A DNA stretch of 64,000 nucleotides. Origin: Paraspadella gotoi. Lineage: Eukaryota; Animalia; Chaetognatha. The stretch covers positions 11,011,832-11,075,831 of the forward strand of contig CM119264.1 in NCBI GenBank assembly GCA_051294375.1, in the 5' to 3' direction. Made by a program: the position numbers and the translations under genes. Shown here piece after piece: positions 28,140 to 55,446 of the stretch. A model generated the notes under the pieces. It did no database searches and was not told where the DNA came from. It saw only the letters and a list, made by a program, of their open reading frames with translations. Every line of letters starts with the position of its first letter. Position 1 is the first letter of the stretch.

Positions 28140-28320
28140 CTCTTCGTACGTCAGTCGGGAATGAGGCGGAATCGAGGGCGAGAGGAAGTGAGGCGCGACG
28201 CGATTGGCGCACGACGAGGACGAGCTCGACCAATCGCGAACCGGAAACGCAGGAGAAGCGCGACGAGACGCGGTCAAAGGGGAACGCGATCTTGAGTCCG
28301 CGCGCCTCAGCCTAAGGCTT
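28140..28320 (-). promoter_or_regulatory. Promoter-like cluster (two CCAAT boxes, ETS-like GGAA motifs)
   Basis: GATTGG 28202-28207, CCAAT 28230-28234, AGGAAGTG and CCGGAA in a CpG-rich island that gives way abruptly to the AT-rich plastin 3' region. Confidence 0.45.
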
Positions 28321-29411
28321 AGGGTAGAGTCATTATATTGAACTGCTCTTTCTTTTTTTTTTTTTTGCTTTGTTTTTAAATTAAAATTACAATTTTTGAC
28401 TAAAAAAACTATGTAATATAAAGTTTAAAGGTATTGCTTTGTTATTCACCGTCTAATTTAATAATCCCATGAACCGTTGTAATTCAATTGAAACGGATTT
28501 GTATAATGTTGCAAGTTAGATAACTATTTCACCATTTTTTTATTTACTGGTATTCTATCAATTTAAAAATGCAATAATCAATAACGAGAATAAAAACACA
28601 ATAGCAAAGTTTATTTGGAATGCATATTGCATATATCAAACGTAAACGCGGTCAAAAATGTGTAAATAGTTTGTACAAAATTATCCAAATTTACAATGCG
28701 CAATTTTTAAATTAAATCATGTATCTGTATCAGTCAAACTTAAAAGAGTGTAAAAATGATTTAAAAAAGGTTTAAAACACAAAAATGCTCTTAAACTTAT
28801 CCTAATATACAAAAGTATCCGTTACAAAAGTATGCAGCACTGGAAGTAAAGCATTTTTATAGGTAAAATAATAAAGAAGCTTCGAGCTCTTGTACTCTGT
28901 ACTCTATTCTAGTAACCCACCCAAATAACTTTATTATATCAGTTTCTTTACAATATCACTTTTGAGAAAGAAAAAAAAAATTCGTGACGATCGAATCAAA
29001 ACTGCATCGCAAAAAAAAAAATCTTCGAGCGAAAAAACGAACGAATATACCAAAATAACACGCAAGAATATCTAATTTTTTTTTAATAAATAAATAAAAT
29101 CTAAATTACAATATACAAAACGATTCATGACGCTGGGGCTATTAGTGAACTTTCAGGTAAATAGTTTTTTTAAGCACATCCAAAAAAAATTTGGAATTTG
29201 TAAAAAGGAAATAAATCTACGAATTGATCCTAAATGAGCTTTTTGTCCGTTAAAAATTTGAGAATATAATTTTTCCCCCGAATGCCATAATAGTTGAGAG
29301 AGACAAACGCGACCGCTTCCGCCATCGTCGCTGACATCAGTCGCGCCCATCACTTCGCAGCGCCTCTACAATTGATGTTGAAACAACTCCGACTTCGCCC
29401 CAACCCATTTC

Positions 29412-43491
<14,080 letters not shown>

Positions 43492-43994
43492 GGAAACCGC
43501 GACGCGACGGGGTGCAAAAATTAACGGCGCTGAAATGTTCTTATCGAGGCGCTGGGAGGATCCGGCGTCGTGAAAAAAATTTACTAAAGTCGTCGATAAC
43601 TGATCTTTAATTCCGTTAAGAAAAAAATTCTAGTTCGTCTCAATCGCGTAGTTCGTTTTTTCTTTCTTTCGCTGAGACAGAAAAACAAAACAAAAAATAT
43701 TTTTGAAGTTTTAAATACGGGAAAACAATTGATTAGCGAAAACAAGAAATTTTTCAAATTCCCGAGTCTTTGAATTTTTTTTTTCTTTTGGGCCTCGAAT
43801 CTTCGGCAGACGTCGCTTTCTTTCTTTTTATTTCTTTTTCCTCCCTCGAGTTTCCCCGCGGAGAAGCGGCAAGGCGGCCAGGGGAAGAGAACCAAATAAC
43901 GAATTCAACCCCGTGATTTTAAATATTTCTATGTGTGGTTTTTTTTTCTTCAGTTTCGACGATTCTGACTCACGAAAAATCGAGAGAGAGAAGA

Positions 43995-44054
<60 letters not shown>

Positions 44055-44318
44055 AGAGAGAGAAGAGAGAGAGAGAAGAGAGTTAATCATCCGAACCCCG
44101 CGCCAACGTCGACGAGAAAGACGACGACGGCGATGATGGAGATGACTGATGAGTATTGCCCGAGTTAATTTCAAAATTATAAAAAAAAAAAACATTTCAG
44201 CCTCAAAAAAAAACCAAAAAAAAAAAAAAAAAACATTACAAATAAAACGAGATCTCGAGCAGAGGAGAAAGGCCGAGAGTCGAGGATCAAAACTCTCGAC
44301 GAGAGAGAGAGAGGGAGG

Positions 44319-44349
<31 letters not shown>

Positions 44350-46554
44350 CCGGATCTCCGTCGGAGAGGCGAATGATCCGAGGTGAGACAAGCGGTTTCC
44401 CCACCTTTGAACCGGGTGGGTTTCGTCGTCATCGGGCAAGGATCTCCGACTGAGCCACGATTGTTTACGCGATCGACGAGAGGCTCGACTCCGGAAAAGG
44501 GTGCTGCTTTAATTGTAAGGAGTTTACGGCATTTCCGTTACTTTCTTTTTTTTCACCTTTGGTCGAGAGCTCCGAGTTTTTCTGGGAACAATGGCTTTTT
44601 TTTGTCAATAATTGAGGTCGGATTTGATTCGTTATTCGTTTTTTCTTGACGTTTTGTTCTTTGTATCAATCTCAAAAAGATTAAACCAACGTTTTAATTT
44701 CTTTTTTATTAAAGCTAATGATGAAAACAATCTTACATGTACCCTTTGTCTCGAGCCAACACTTAAAAATATCTGCATAATTATCAGACTATAACCTTCA
44801 AAATTGCTACCATTACGAACGATAAATTTTTTAACGGTTGTTCTTTCAGTTTTTATTTTTTTTAAAATTCATTCGGTTGTTTGTAATAACAAGACCGGAC
44901 ATTTAAATTCTCCGAAGACGATGAAAAACAAGATGATAAAGATGTCAAGAGGAAATAGGGCAACAAAAAGAAGGGAGGCAAATGAGACAGTGAATATGAT
45001 AACGAATTCGGAAGAAAGGGTGGCAACCACGAAATATTTAAAGTCATTAAAATCACGTCGGATAAATCAAAAAGAAGAAACGTCAAAATTTTTAAACTTT
45101 AACGCGACTCATGATTTCTCAATAGCAGCAATTACTCAGTGCGGGTTCTGTTTTGAGAATTACTTAATTTGTTACCTAAGAAATCTTTTTTTCTTTAAAT
45201 TATATTCGTTGTACTAATTGCATAATGTTGAATGTTGAATGAAGAGCATTTACTAACGAGTTACGGAGTTGTTGGGCAAGGGAAAAGGAAAAGGAACAAA
45301 TGACTATCTCGAGACGACAAAGTGAAAAGACGACGCCAGTGCAGAAAAACTGACATGTTCATTCATTCATTACGAGGCAGTTTTCAGAACAAACACTGAA
45401 CGATTTAGCACCAGGATCGCGCGCATTGCGTGTCGAACGCACGTGTGGTCGATTCCGCGTGCGTTGAAAAGCTTTATGAGGGGCCGGTCACGGTTTTTTT
45501 TTTTGCTCGTGAGTGAAAAGAGGTAATCGATTGTGAATGTTGACGCTCGCTTTGCAAAACTTTTTTGTCCGTTCGATTTTAATTGAGTATATGTTATAAA
45601 TAAGTGAATTAAATAAAATAGAATGAAAAAAACGTTAAAAAGGGCATTAACAAATGCTAAAATCATTAAAAGGCTATCATCATTCATAACAAAATATAAT
45701 TAATAGGAAGGAAATATTATTTAACTCACTTTATGCTTGTGATGACGTTTAAAGAATTAACTCACTTTTCTTTTACACCCTAGGCTAATTAGATTAAACT
45801 GAAGAACAAAGTTATAAAATTTAAAAATACCACTTTTGTATGAAAACCTGTAACCCCGAAGTTGACTATCAGTTTTTTTTTCCTTTTAAGTCTAAATTTC
45901 GTTTGTGGAAAGAAACGTGGCTTCGTGCGGACTTCAAAAAGTCGTCAATTGCAAAGTAAACACAGTCGTCCTTTTGGGGCGGAACTAAACCAACGTTTAA
46001 CATTTTTCTATTTTGAATACCTCTTTATTATTTGTTTTTTTATTTTTTTGTTTCTTTTTATTTTTTATTATTTGATTATTAAGCAATTTAAACAAAAGCA
46101 ATACAATTTCAACCTCGGAAAATTTATCACTAACCTTCGATGTTTTACGTTTTTCGTTAATCGTAAGTAATACAAATCTAGCCAAATCGTATCACCGGAA
46201 ATTATAAGAACTAATCGGTACGAATGACGAACGAAGAATTATAAACTTTTTTTAGCGTGGGAAAAAACATACAAGTGACACGGACCAATGAGAAAATAAA
46301 TTAGACAAAAAATACTGGTTGTTTTTGTTGTTGTTATCGTTATTATTCGTGGGACCGAAATCGCGCAACGCAAACAAAGTCCGTTAATCAAAAAGGAAGG
46401 GAGAAGAAATTAATCGAGGAAATCTTTTTACTGCGTTGGGTTTTAGGAAGTCTGGAAGAGGAGAGATAGCGAACGACCTCATTGGTCGACGAGCAGCTCT
46501 GGGCCGGTATGCAAACATGCTATTTAAGAACATGTAAAGAGAGAGAGAAAGGCT

Positions 46555-46652
<98 letters not shown>

Positions 46653-46708
46653 GTTCCTGGGCCTCCCGCCTCCAGGAAAGTTTTGTTGAATCGAAGGACG
46701 ACGAGGAA

Positions 46709-46743
<35 letters not shown>

Positions 46744-47667
46744 AGTGAAAAACCAAAAACGAAGCCGCAGATGAGATGACGGGAGCTCGACAGGGAGGCG
46801 AGAGCCAGAACCAACGACACAAAAATGAAATAAAAATAAAATAAAAATGAAAATAAAAAGCGAAACGAGCCGGGATGAAAATTCAAATGAGACGTAAAAT
46901 TGGAGAGATAAATTCGTCCTTTTCAGAAGAATTTACGACAAAATATAGCGAGTTATTATAAAGAGAACAGAATCGAGTTTAAATTTTAGCAATACAGCCG
47001 AGTAGCCAATACAGTTTTTAGTGAGTTATAAAAGTTAAAACAAATTTGTTCTGTTACCGATGCTCTCGTCTTTCTGATTCATTTAGGATTCTCATGATAA
47101 GAAAAATATATTATTTCATTAATCAAAGAACTTGCATTACATTTATTTTTATTCCTTGACCTTAGATTCGTTTCAAAATAAAAAAAAAAACAACTTTGGT
47201 TAGTCATATTTTGTCAAAGATTACAATCGGTGATTGCTCTTCATTCTTTCGATTCATTAAGGATGAATAAAATTACTTATTAAAGTCATAAAAACAGAAA
47301 AAAACATTACGTAGAAAAACGTCATTAATCTTCCCAAAGTCATGATCATGTAAGTAATAAAACATAGCGTCGACCAGCCACAGGTGACGGTAGTTTCTTT
47401 TCTCTCACGAAAAATCAACCTAGTTATCTTCACAGCTTCAATTTATTTAGTCACAACATTATCGAAACTACACGAAACTCAATTGCTATCATTAATTCTA
47501 TCACAAAACGTTTCTCTGTAAATAGGTTACTATTTCACAAAGCTTTTTTCTCTGCCTTGTTGCGTTCCAGTCAAATCATTCGAAATTAAATAAATCAAAA
47601 TAAATTCCAACCAATCAAATAAAATAATTTCAAATTCTTTAAACCGCAATTAAATTTACCAATCAAA

Positions 47668-50600
47668 ATGATTCTGTGGTTGACGCTCATGCTAATTCCG
47701 CTACTATTGCTCCCAACCATTGCTGGAAGCGTCCCGGAAACCGACAATTCAAACAAATTGTGTCATTCTATCTCCTCTTGCCGCGGACGCTGCTACGAGC
47801 GATGGACGCCAGCGCGAGTGGGTATCGTTTCTGAGTCGACCTTTGGCCATCTGAGATGTCGATGCGATAAACTGTGCATCCTCTACGGAGATTGCTGCAA
47901 CGACTTTACTTCCGTTTGCCGCCGTCAAGCGTCGTGGTGGGAGAGAGTAAAGTTGATTACAAAGCAAAAATATCTCAAATGCCAAGGAATGCACCTAGAG
48001 GGTCAGACTGAAGCCAAAAACGTCATGGTGATTGGCAGGTGAAAAAAAAAGCATTAAAAAGTATTTAGTACTTCAGAACAGTCATTTGTTCACAACCCAA
48101 AAACTAATATTTTGAAGAGTTTGTTCGTTTGTTTTTAGTTAAAAGATAAATACTTAATATTTAACACAAAAATATGATATCAAATAGATAAAATCTTCAA
48201 AAAATAAACCTAAAAAAAAATAAAGATACAAATAACTTTGCAATTTTCATTATTTATTTTGTATAATGTGTGTTCTCAAGCAATATTAATCATATGACAT
48301 ATGATTTAAAAAGCGTCAAACATCAAAAAGCTAACTTGATTACCGACTGCCTTTCAGCTGTCCTGATGGAACCGACGTCTTCCGCCGGGTAATGTGCATG
48401 AAGCCGCCGTCCTTCAAAGATATTCCCACCTTCATACCCGTCACGTCTACGGCCGATGGCCTCGTCTATCGCAATAGCTATTGCGCACAATGCGTCAGCA
48501 AGTCGACCCCCGTTAAGCCCTGGAAGGTGACCTACGTGGAGTGCGACGAAAAGATGGAGCTTACCTTTGAGGGCGTGGCCCTTATCGATCCAAATAGGGC
48601 GAGCACCCTCGCCCGGGAATTCAGCGACGTTCTACTAGGATGGCTGACCTCCAACTGCCGTCTCCGCTTCGATCCACACAACGCCACCAATTTTCACTTT
48701 TGCCACGAGGACCTAAAGACGCCGGCTGACCCGTCGGCGTGCCCGGGGCCGTACGACCCGGTTTGGTTCGATACCGGGGGAGGGAAAAGCGGGGACAGAA
48801 ACGATAAGGAGGCCGGCGAGGGGGAAGTAGGCAGGGAGAGAGCTTCGCTCAAAGAGGAGACGCTCTTCCGTAACTTGGAATGCGCGAAAGAGAATGGGTT
48901 CACGGTCAAAAGCGAAAAGCATTGCCTCACGGATTCGAAGCGTCTCTCCTTTTATGGTTTACTACGTCGTAACGTCGCACCATCAGAGTACGCCTTTCTA
49001 CCCGGAAGTCTAACCATCCTCTTAAATTTCGGCGTCGATGGAAAAACGCGCGTCAATATGGTGGACGAGGGACGACTCGCCTCCATGCGGCGCTGTCCGA
49101 AAGGCAGCGTTCTCGAGACGGCCAGTAACACCTGCAAGAAGCTTCACTGTCCCTCGGGTACGACGCTAATGGAGGACGGAAGTTGCAAGGATTACGAGTT
49201 GGACATGGAAAACTTGCGATTCGAGACGCGCGTCTATATCTCTCTTGACATTCGCTACGACACGACGGTCATACCGGAGCTCGTCACTCCCAACACCGAA
49301 AAGATTCTCAAGGTTAACTTTGAGAAATACCTTCACATCGACGAGACCGGCATGCTTAATTTTAGCATGAAAGCGCACGCTCGTGCCTCGGAAAGCGGAC
49401 ATCCGTCGGGCGAAACCTCCATCACAGCTGAGTGCACGATTGAACTGGAGATCGTGCTCAAAGACGAGAGTCAAAACGACGTTCTCCTCGTACAGGAAAT
49501 GTTCGACGACTTTAACCGAAACCTTACGCGAGCGGACAAATCCTCGGAAGCGCTGAAGATCACCCGCATAAGCGAGAAGATTACTCACCTCGTGGTTCCC
49601 GACGAGAACGCAACTCAGGAAATTCAGGAGCTCCAGTGGTGCTCCAACGGCGATATGAAGTTCTACAACGAGAGTTTCGATTACTGGCAAGAGGAGCGCG
49701 AGCAACCCGGGGGCGGGAAAAAGAACGAAACGTTCGTTCGAACGCACGACACGGGAATCGTTTATAACACAGGTCAGTTCGATATGGCCATCGCCGTGCA
49801 AACGGACCTGACAAAAGACGAGTACCAGGTGGTTGCCTGGGTCGTCGTTTGCGAGCGCCATCCGCGCATCGTCAACAGAGACTGCGACGTGGAGGTGATT
49901 CTCAATTCGACGGAGTTTCGCTACTTAAAGAACCGCAGCATCGAGGTTTTGTCCGACCACCAAATATACGGAATAGACGAGTACGAAAAATGCCCGACGA
50001 TCCGGCGACTCGTGCCGGCTGCGCGAATGAGGCGCGCCGCAGAATCGGATTCGCAATTGGGAAACGATTCGTCACTCTTGACACGAGCGACCATTCTGGA
50101 TCGTTCGTCCAATACGGGCAAGATCCTCGTCTGCTTGCGATCTCCGAAAAAGGAGAAGGAAATGTTCTTTTTTTCCTTTTCGGCGACTCAGGGAATGATC
50201 ACGGTGATTCTCCTGCCAATTTCCATCGTGGCCCTCATCGCCACCATGGCGATCTACGCTTTTTTCCGTCGTCTGCGAAACTTACCCGGTCTGATTTTGC
50301 TCCACGTCGCCTTTACTCTGCTGCTCTCCCAGTCGACAGTGCTATTCAGTCTGACCTACCCGGCGGCTGTGTCGTGGACGTGCACCGTCATCGCCGTCGC
50401 CAATCACTACCTGCTAATCACGTCCTTCTGCTGGATGAACGCCTACGCCTACAACATCTACCACATATTCCGCTCTTTCACTTCGGTGGCGTCGTTAGGA
50501 GCGGTGGGAGTGAAACACTGGTTGCGACGCTACGCTCTTTACGCTTACGGCGCGCCCGCGCTTCTCGTCAGCGTCTGTGTTGCGCTGGAGAGCACCATTG

Positions 50601-51211
50601 GCTGCATGCACTACGGTGGAGACAACCTAGTGTACACCATCAAGGACTTGGTCGATGCTGAAAACCAAACCGTTTACGGAAACGCATGTTGGATCAACAA
50701 CTACACGGCTTCGGTCTTCGTTTTTGGCTTGCCGTTGATGGCGCTGATGACCGCCAACATCGCCCTTTACGTGTTGACGGTGAGACACGTCAAAGGCATC
50801 TCACGGGCCAAGCTGTTCGAAGGGCGCGTAAGGAGCAGCCTGGTTCCCAACTCGGATTCGCCCGTCGACCTCAAGACCTTTATGCGTCTCTCGACGGTGA
50901 TGGGGTTCGGTTGGTTAATCGGCTTCAGCGGGGCTCTGATCAAAAGAATAGATTACGGGATCGTGGGCCAAACGATGGAAGAGATAGTCTCCTTTCTCTT
51001 CATCTTCTTGTCATCGCTACAGGGACTAGGCATCTTCATAGCCTTCGCAACGGGGAGTCGGGTCAAAGAGGAAGTCAAGGAGGCCTTTAAGGGGTCGAGG
51101 TTCGAAGGGGGTTGGGATTTGACGTCGAGAAGACAGTCAAAGGATTCGGTGACGACGGTGTCGTCCTTAGCCTCTTTGACGAGCTCTGACGGGAAAGCAT
51201 CATACCCATAG
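47668..51211 (+). CDS. Somatomedin-B-domain class B (adhesion/Methuselah-like) GPCR, ~1074 aa, 2 exons
   Basis: Exon 1 (47668-48038) has a signal peptide and an SMB motif, SCRGRC..CRCDKLCILYGDCCNDF. A phase-2 intron leads to exon 2 (48358-51211), which has a Cys-rich ectodomain (YRNSYCAQC) and a 7TM region with class B signatures (LRNLPG, CTVIAVANHY..TSFCWM, YAYGAP, CWI, VMGFGW, SSLQGLGIF). Confidence 0.9.
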
Positions 51212-51962
51212 CTGAAGGGTTCGGATGCTTCAATATTTTTTTCCCTCATTAATTCATAACTTCCTTTAATTAGAATATAATTTTGATCCATAAGAAAGGA
51301 ACGCGAGTTACGTATTATACGAGTATCGAGTAAAAAGTAATATTGCCATTATATTTGTGGTTGTCGAAGGGGAGAGTAAATTAACTAAATCAAAAATCAA
51401 TGAACTAACTGGCTTACCTACAGTGTTCCTTACTGATTAAAAGAAAAATTAAAAGAACTGAAGCATATAATTTCAATTTCAATGATTATTTTGCACTACG
51501 GAGTGATTTGAAAATATTTCTTATATTTCAACAGGACACCATCTGTAAATTTGAAAAAAAAATGCGAAATTTAATTTGTTAGATGGGAAAAAATAGTTTT
51601 TATCGTTTTACTTTTTTTACTCATGTACTTAAATTTTTATCGAATTCATGATAAAAAAAAAGTTTTGTTGTCAAAACAGCTGTTATGTTCATGCAAAAAT
51701 ATTTCCTAGAATCCTGATTACTGACATCGGCAATTAAAATGAGATAACAAAAAAAAAAATAATGAAAGCTAAATAAACTTACGTATCACAAAGCATAAGT
51801 AGATTAAGCTTAAAATGACTAAAAACCAAAATTCACCAACAAAAAGATCCAAACAAGACTAATAATTCACGCCCAATTAGGCACGAAGATTTTGATTGCG
51901 CGGAAATCAAGAAGATTTCGAAAACGATTCCCAGTCGAATCTATTATTATTAAATTGTTAGT

Positions 51963-53632
51963 CTAAATCCGGAAGTTTCTGGTGAAGTCATATTCGATGG
52001 TTGGAATGACGGCTTGGACGAATTTGAGAAAAATCAAAAGGTACATGTGGACACCAATTTCATTACCACCTTCAGCACATGTTTCTATCAGTTTTTTCAT
52101 GACATCCGCGTGCCTAAAAAAAAAAAGATTTAACCGGTCAAAGGTATTTTGCTACCATTCCCGTAATTATTTGTTTGCTTTGTTTTCTCTCTTTTTCTCA
52201 GTCTAATAAATAAATGGGCCTGTTAGCATCAGATAAGATACGTAACGTTCTAAGTTGACATAAAAAGAATCTACATACATGATTAGGATTTAAAAGCCAC
52301 AAAGATTGGCCTAAACATTATAAAAAGTTAACGCATGCTTAAGTACTATTTATATATACTTGTACCCCACAACTCACCGGTTGTATAAAAAAAGCGACAA
52401 AAAAAAAAACAAAACAAAAACAAACATGTAACAGCCCGTAAACACTAAACATCCTCGCGGTCGACTCCTTTCTTTTGAAAAATGTACCGGCACGGATGCA
52501 CAGATGCCAAGGGCGGCCCGGGCAGATGTGGATGAGTTTCCATGGTAACCGTCTTTTTGGCGTGGTCTTGACTGACGTCCTCGTAAAGGTCATCGACAGA
52601 GAGGGGTTGTCTCGCCTCGTTGTAGCCGCAAAGCCAGAGGCGGGGAGTCTGGTAATATTTGTCGTACGTGATGTTGAGGTCGTACGTGCGCGTTTGAAGG
52701 ATGCCACCGTCCGAATCCGTCCGCACCGAAGCAGTCGAGTGCTTCTTGATTGGCTCTTTTAATCGAGTGAGGTCCAGGGCCGCGGGATCCTAGGAAACGA
52801 AGGGCATTGCCATTAGAAAAAAAAATGTTACAAGTATTATTGATGCAATGACAATGTAATAATGCTGTACCTCGTTTTCCAACTGCTCTAACATATCTTC
52901 CATATCTCCAGCTTCTCCCTCATCATCTTCGTCGTCATCTTCTTCGTCTTCGTCCTCAGCTTGACTATGGGGATGGAATATGATCAAAACTTTCTCAACC
53001 CACTACAACTAACTGATCCCATTTTATCTCACTCATTGTTTTTGAGTTCGTCGGCCTTGATTTGAACGTCCGACATCGCCGATGTCGCCTCGTCGACGTC
53101 TGGATCAGGAAAGTGATGGGTATCAACCCAGCCGCCGTCCTCGTCTTCTTCGATCACCTGAAAATACGCAGATCCTTCACAGGTTGGTCACTTGAGCACA
53201 TATTCGGTTCAAAGTTAAAAGGACCCAAGGAAACCTTTTCTTGATTTCCTGCCACACCCTCGGCGATTTGCGCGCAACGCTTGTAACAAGGGACATTGCG
53301 AGTAACGAGAAATTGTTTTTCAGGAGGCAAGTACGATTTTATCTTCGAGGCGTCGCCTTTGAGAAAAGAAAATGTTTGTTTGTAAATATCTAGTTTTAAA
53401 AGTACAATTAACTGCTTCATTTTTAAAATGTCACCCGTCTGGGGCCGTTATGATTTCTACCCGTAGACCATTGCCATGTGGGGCAATGGTGCACCAGAAA
53501 ATCTCCTGCGGCGACAAACTCTTCCGGTGTAATGACGCCCGTTTCTTGAAATTTTGACTCCTTCAAAACCGGGGTAAGCAATTCGGCAACGTTCAGGGCC
53601 GTTCCTTTTATGGTGTTGATAAAGGCAGCCAT
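51963..53632 (-). CDS. ATG3: Autophagy E2-like enzyme ATG3 (multi-exon)
   Basis: [55 protein letters not shown]; [16 protein letters not shown]; [21 protein letters not shown]; catalytic SVHPC|RHA; [21 protein letters not shown]; TAG at 51963-51965. Confidence 0.97.
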
Positions 53633-53900
53633 AACGTAGAAGGATTGAAGGAAATTATTCTAGGTTTATGCACGAAGGTTACGGACGAAGTTACGGTAGT
53701 AGCATTTTAAACTGCTATCAAGAAAATAAGAAACAAAGAGCAAGGTCATATTAGTGGTCGTGAACTATGACACAAATCGCTATATCACAGATTAAAAAAT
53801 ATCTAACTACTCGCGCCTCTACGTAGTATATCTTTAATTCTCGAGATATAATGTCTTTTGGACATGGGCGAGAATCTAAATGTCGGGACAGTTTTTTCAT

Positions 53901-55408
53901 CTATCGCGTCACGAACGGAAATCTTCCCCAGCCTCCGCCGCCGCCAATTCCGTCGGGTGAGACGCCACCATCGGCGCTAGGACCACCTGGCCCATGGGTC
54001 GGTGGGGGTGATGTCGTGGGAGGCTGCAAATTACCGCCGTCGGGTCCTATAACCGTAAAACAGGATCATTTTACCACTTGTCAATTTATTGTTTTTTTTT
54101 AAAACGAATTCACGGCTAAAAAATAACCTGAGCCGAACGTGTCGCCACTCTTCGATTCAAGAGAAAATGGAGGGATCCTACAGTCAAAGGTAAAGCCATC
54201 TTCTCGCTCCATCTTGTACGTCCCCCACATGTGGCCCGAAGGCGAGTGCAATGAGACGTGGGATGAATACTGAAAGGCCGGCTGCCATTTGGACAGTACG
54301 GGTTCCCGGCCGATGACGCCGCGACCGCGAACCTGGAGGACAACGGATCCGAATGAATGAAGGCGAGCATTCGAAACATTCGCCGCAAAACTCGTTACCG
54401 TTTCCAGCGTTCCGTTCAAAGCAAAAATTCGCCAATGCCGTTCTCGCAGCTGAACGGCGAGGTCGCCCATGTTTTCAAGGCGAATGCAATAGCGCCACCA
54501 AAAAACTTCATGCCCTTGAGAGTCTCTCGAGCCCATGTAAAAGGGAATTACCGTCACTCGGATGTCCTCCGTACTTTCCCTAACCAAAAATCAGAAATTT
54601 ATGTAGAAAAACATGAATTAAAACTTTTTGATGTAATTTACACGGTGAACTGTCCTACCGGTGAACGTCGGAAAGTTCTAGCCAGGGGTGATTCTTATCC
54701 TGCCAGGCTTTTAGGGTGTCTCTACTCCGAAAGCACGGTGTATGGTCAGGATCGTATGCGAGGAAGCGGTCAAAGAGTTCATGCAAAATCGGCGACCGCT
54801 GGTCCGTGTTATAAGGGAGGATGTCGGTGTGAGACACGTAATCAAGTCCGGGAATCGCATAGAGAGATCGACTGTTTTCTTGGTTTCCCAGAAAAGTCAC
54901 CGACTCGGTCTGAGCCCGAATATATGGACAATCTCGAGAGTCTATTAAAACTTGGTAGTACATCTGAGTCTTGGTTGATGTGGATTCTTTGGAGGCATCC
55001 GAGTCGAGACCTTAGCCGATAAAAAGGAAAAATAACATGTCATTTAAATGAGAATCGCTAATCCTAAGATGAGGTCACCTTGAACCGCATTGGAGGAAGC
55101 ATCGGTTTTGACGGGAGTGTCGCGATCGTAAACTTTGGCTTGCCAAGGAAAGAGAATAATCCCCCTATAGCCAAAAACGCGGTGAAGAAACAACTGCCCC
55201 GTCAAGTAGCTCCCTTCCGCCTTGGGGGTTTCCAGAATCCCAACCTCGGAAAGGCGTGCGTTGGATCGTCTTTGCGTCCGAACCAGAGATCTAGAAATAA
55301 TATCGGGTTTTCTAATTGATCAATACAATAAAAATTCACTCCAGATTTTATTTACCTAGTCGAGATTGACAACAAAACGACGCAGCTTCTAACGACCGTG
55401 AAAACCAT
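53901..55408 (-). CDS. POLDIP2: Polymerase delta-interacting protein 2 (YccV + ApaG domains)
   Basis: Exons 55408-55356, 55290-55079 (GQLFLHRVFGYRGIILFPW), 55010-54659 (YYQVLIDSRDCP..YAIPGLDYVSH), 54579-54399 (WWRYCIRLEN..QLRERHWRIF), 54332-54128 (GRGVIGREPVL..FQYSSHV..GHMWGT) and a probable last exon 54046-53901. If the last intron is retained, the stop is at 54099. Confidence 0.95.
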
Positions 55409-55446
55409 TGTTGGATTGAACGATTTAAGAAAAACCTAGGAAGTCT

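Noticed and set aside
48694-51291. Long alternative-frame and antisense ORFs inside the GPCR exon (e.g. 49849-50661, 49166-49861)
   Set aside because: They are explained by the codon bias of the main 7TM frame and show no recognisable motifs.
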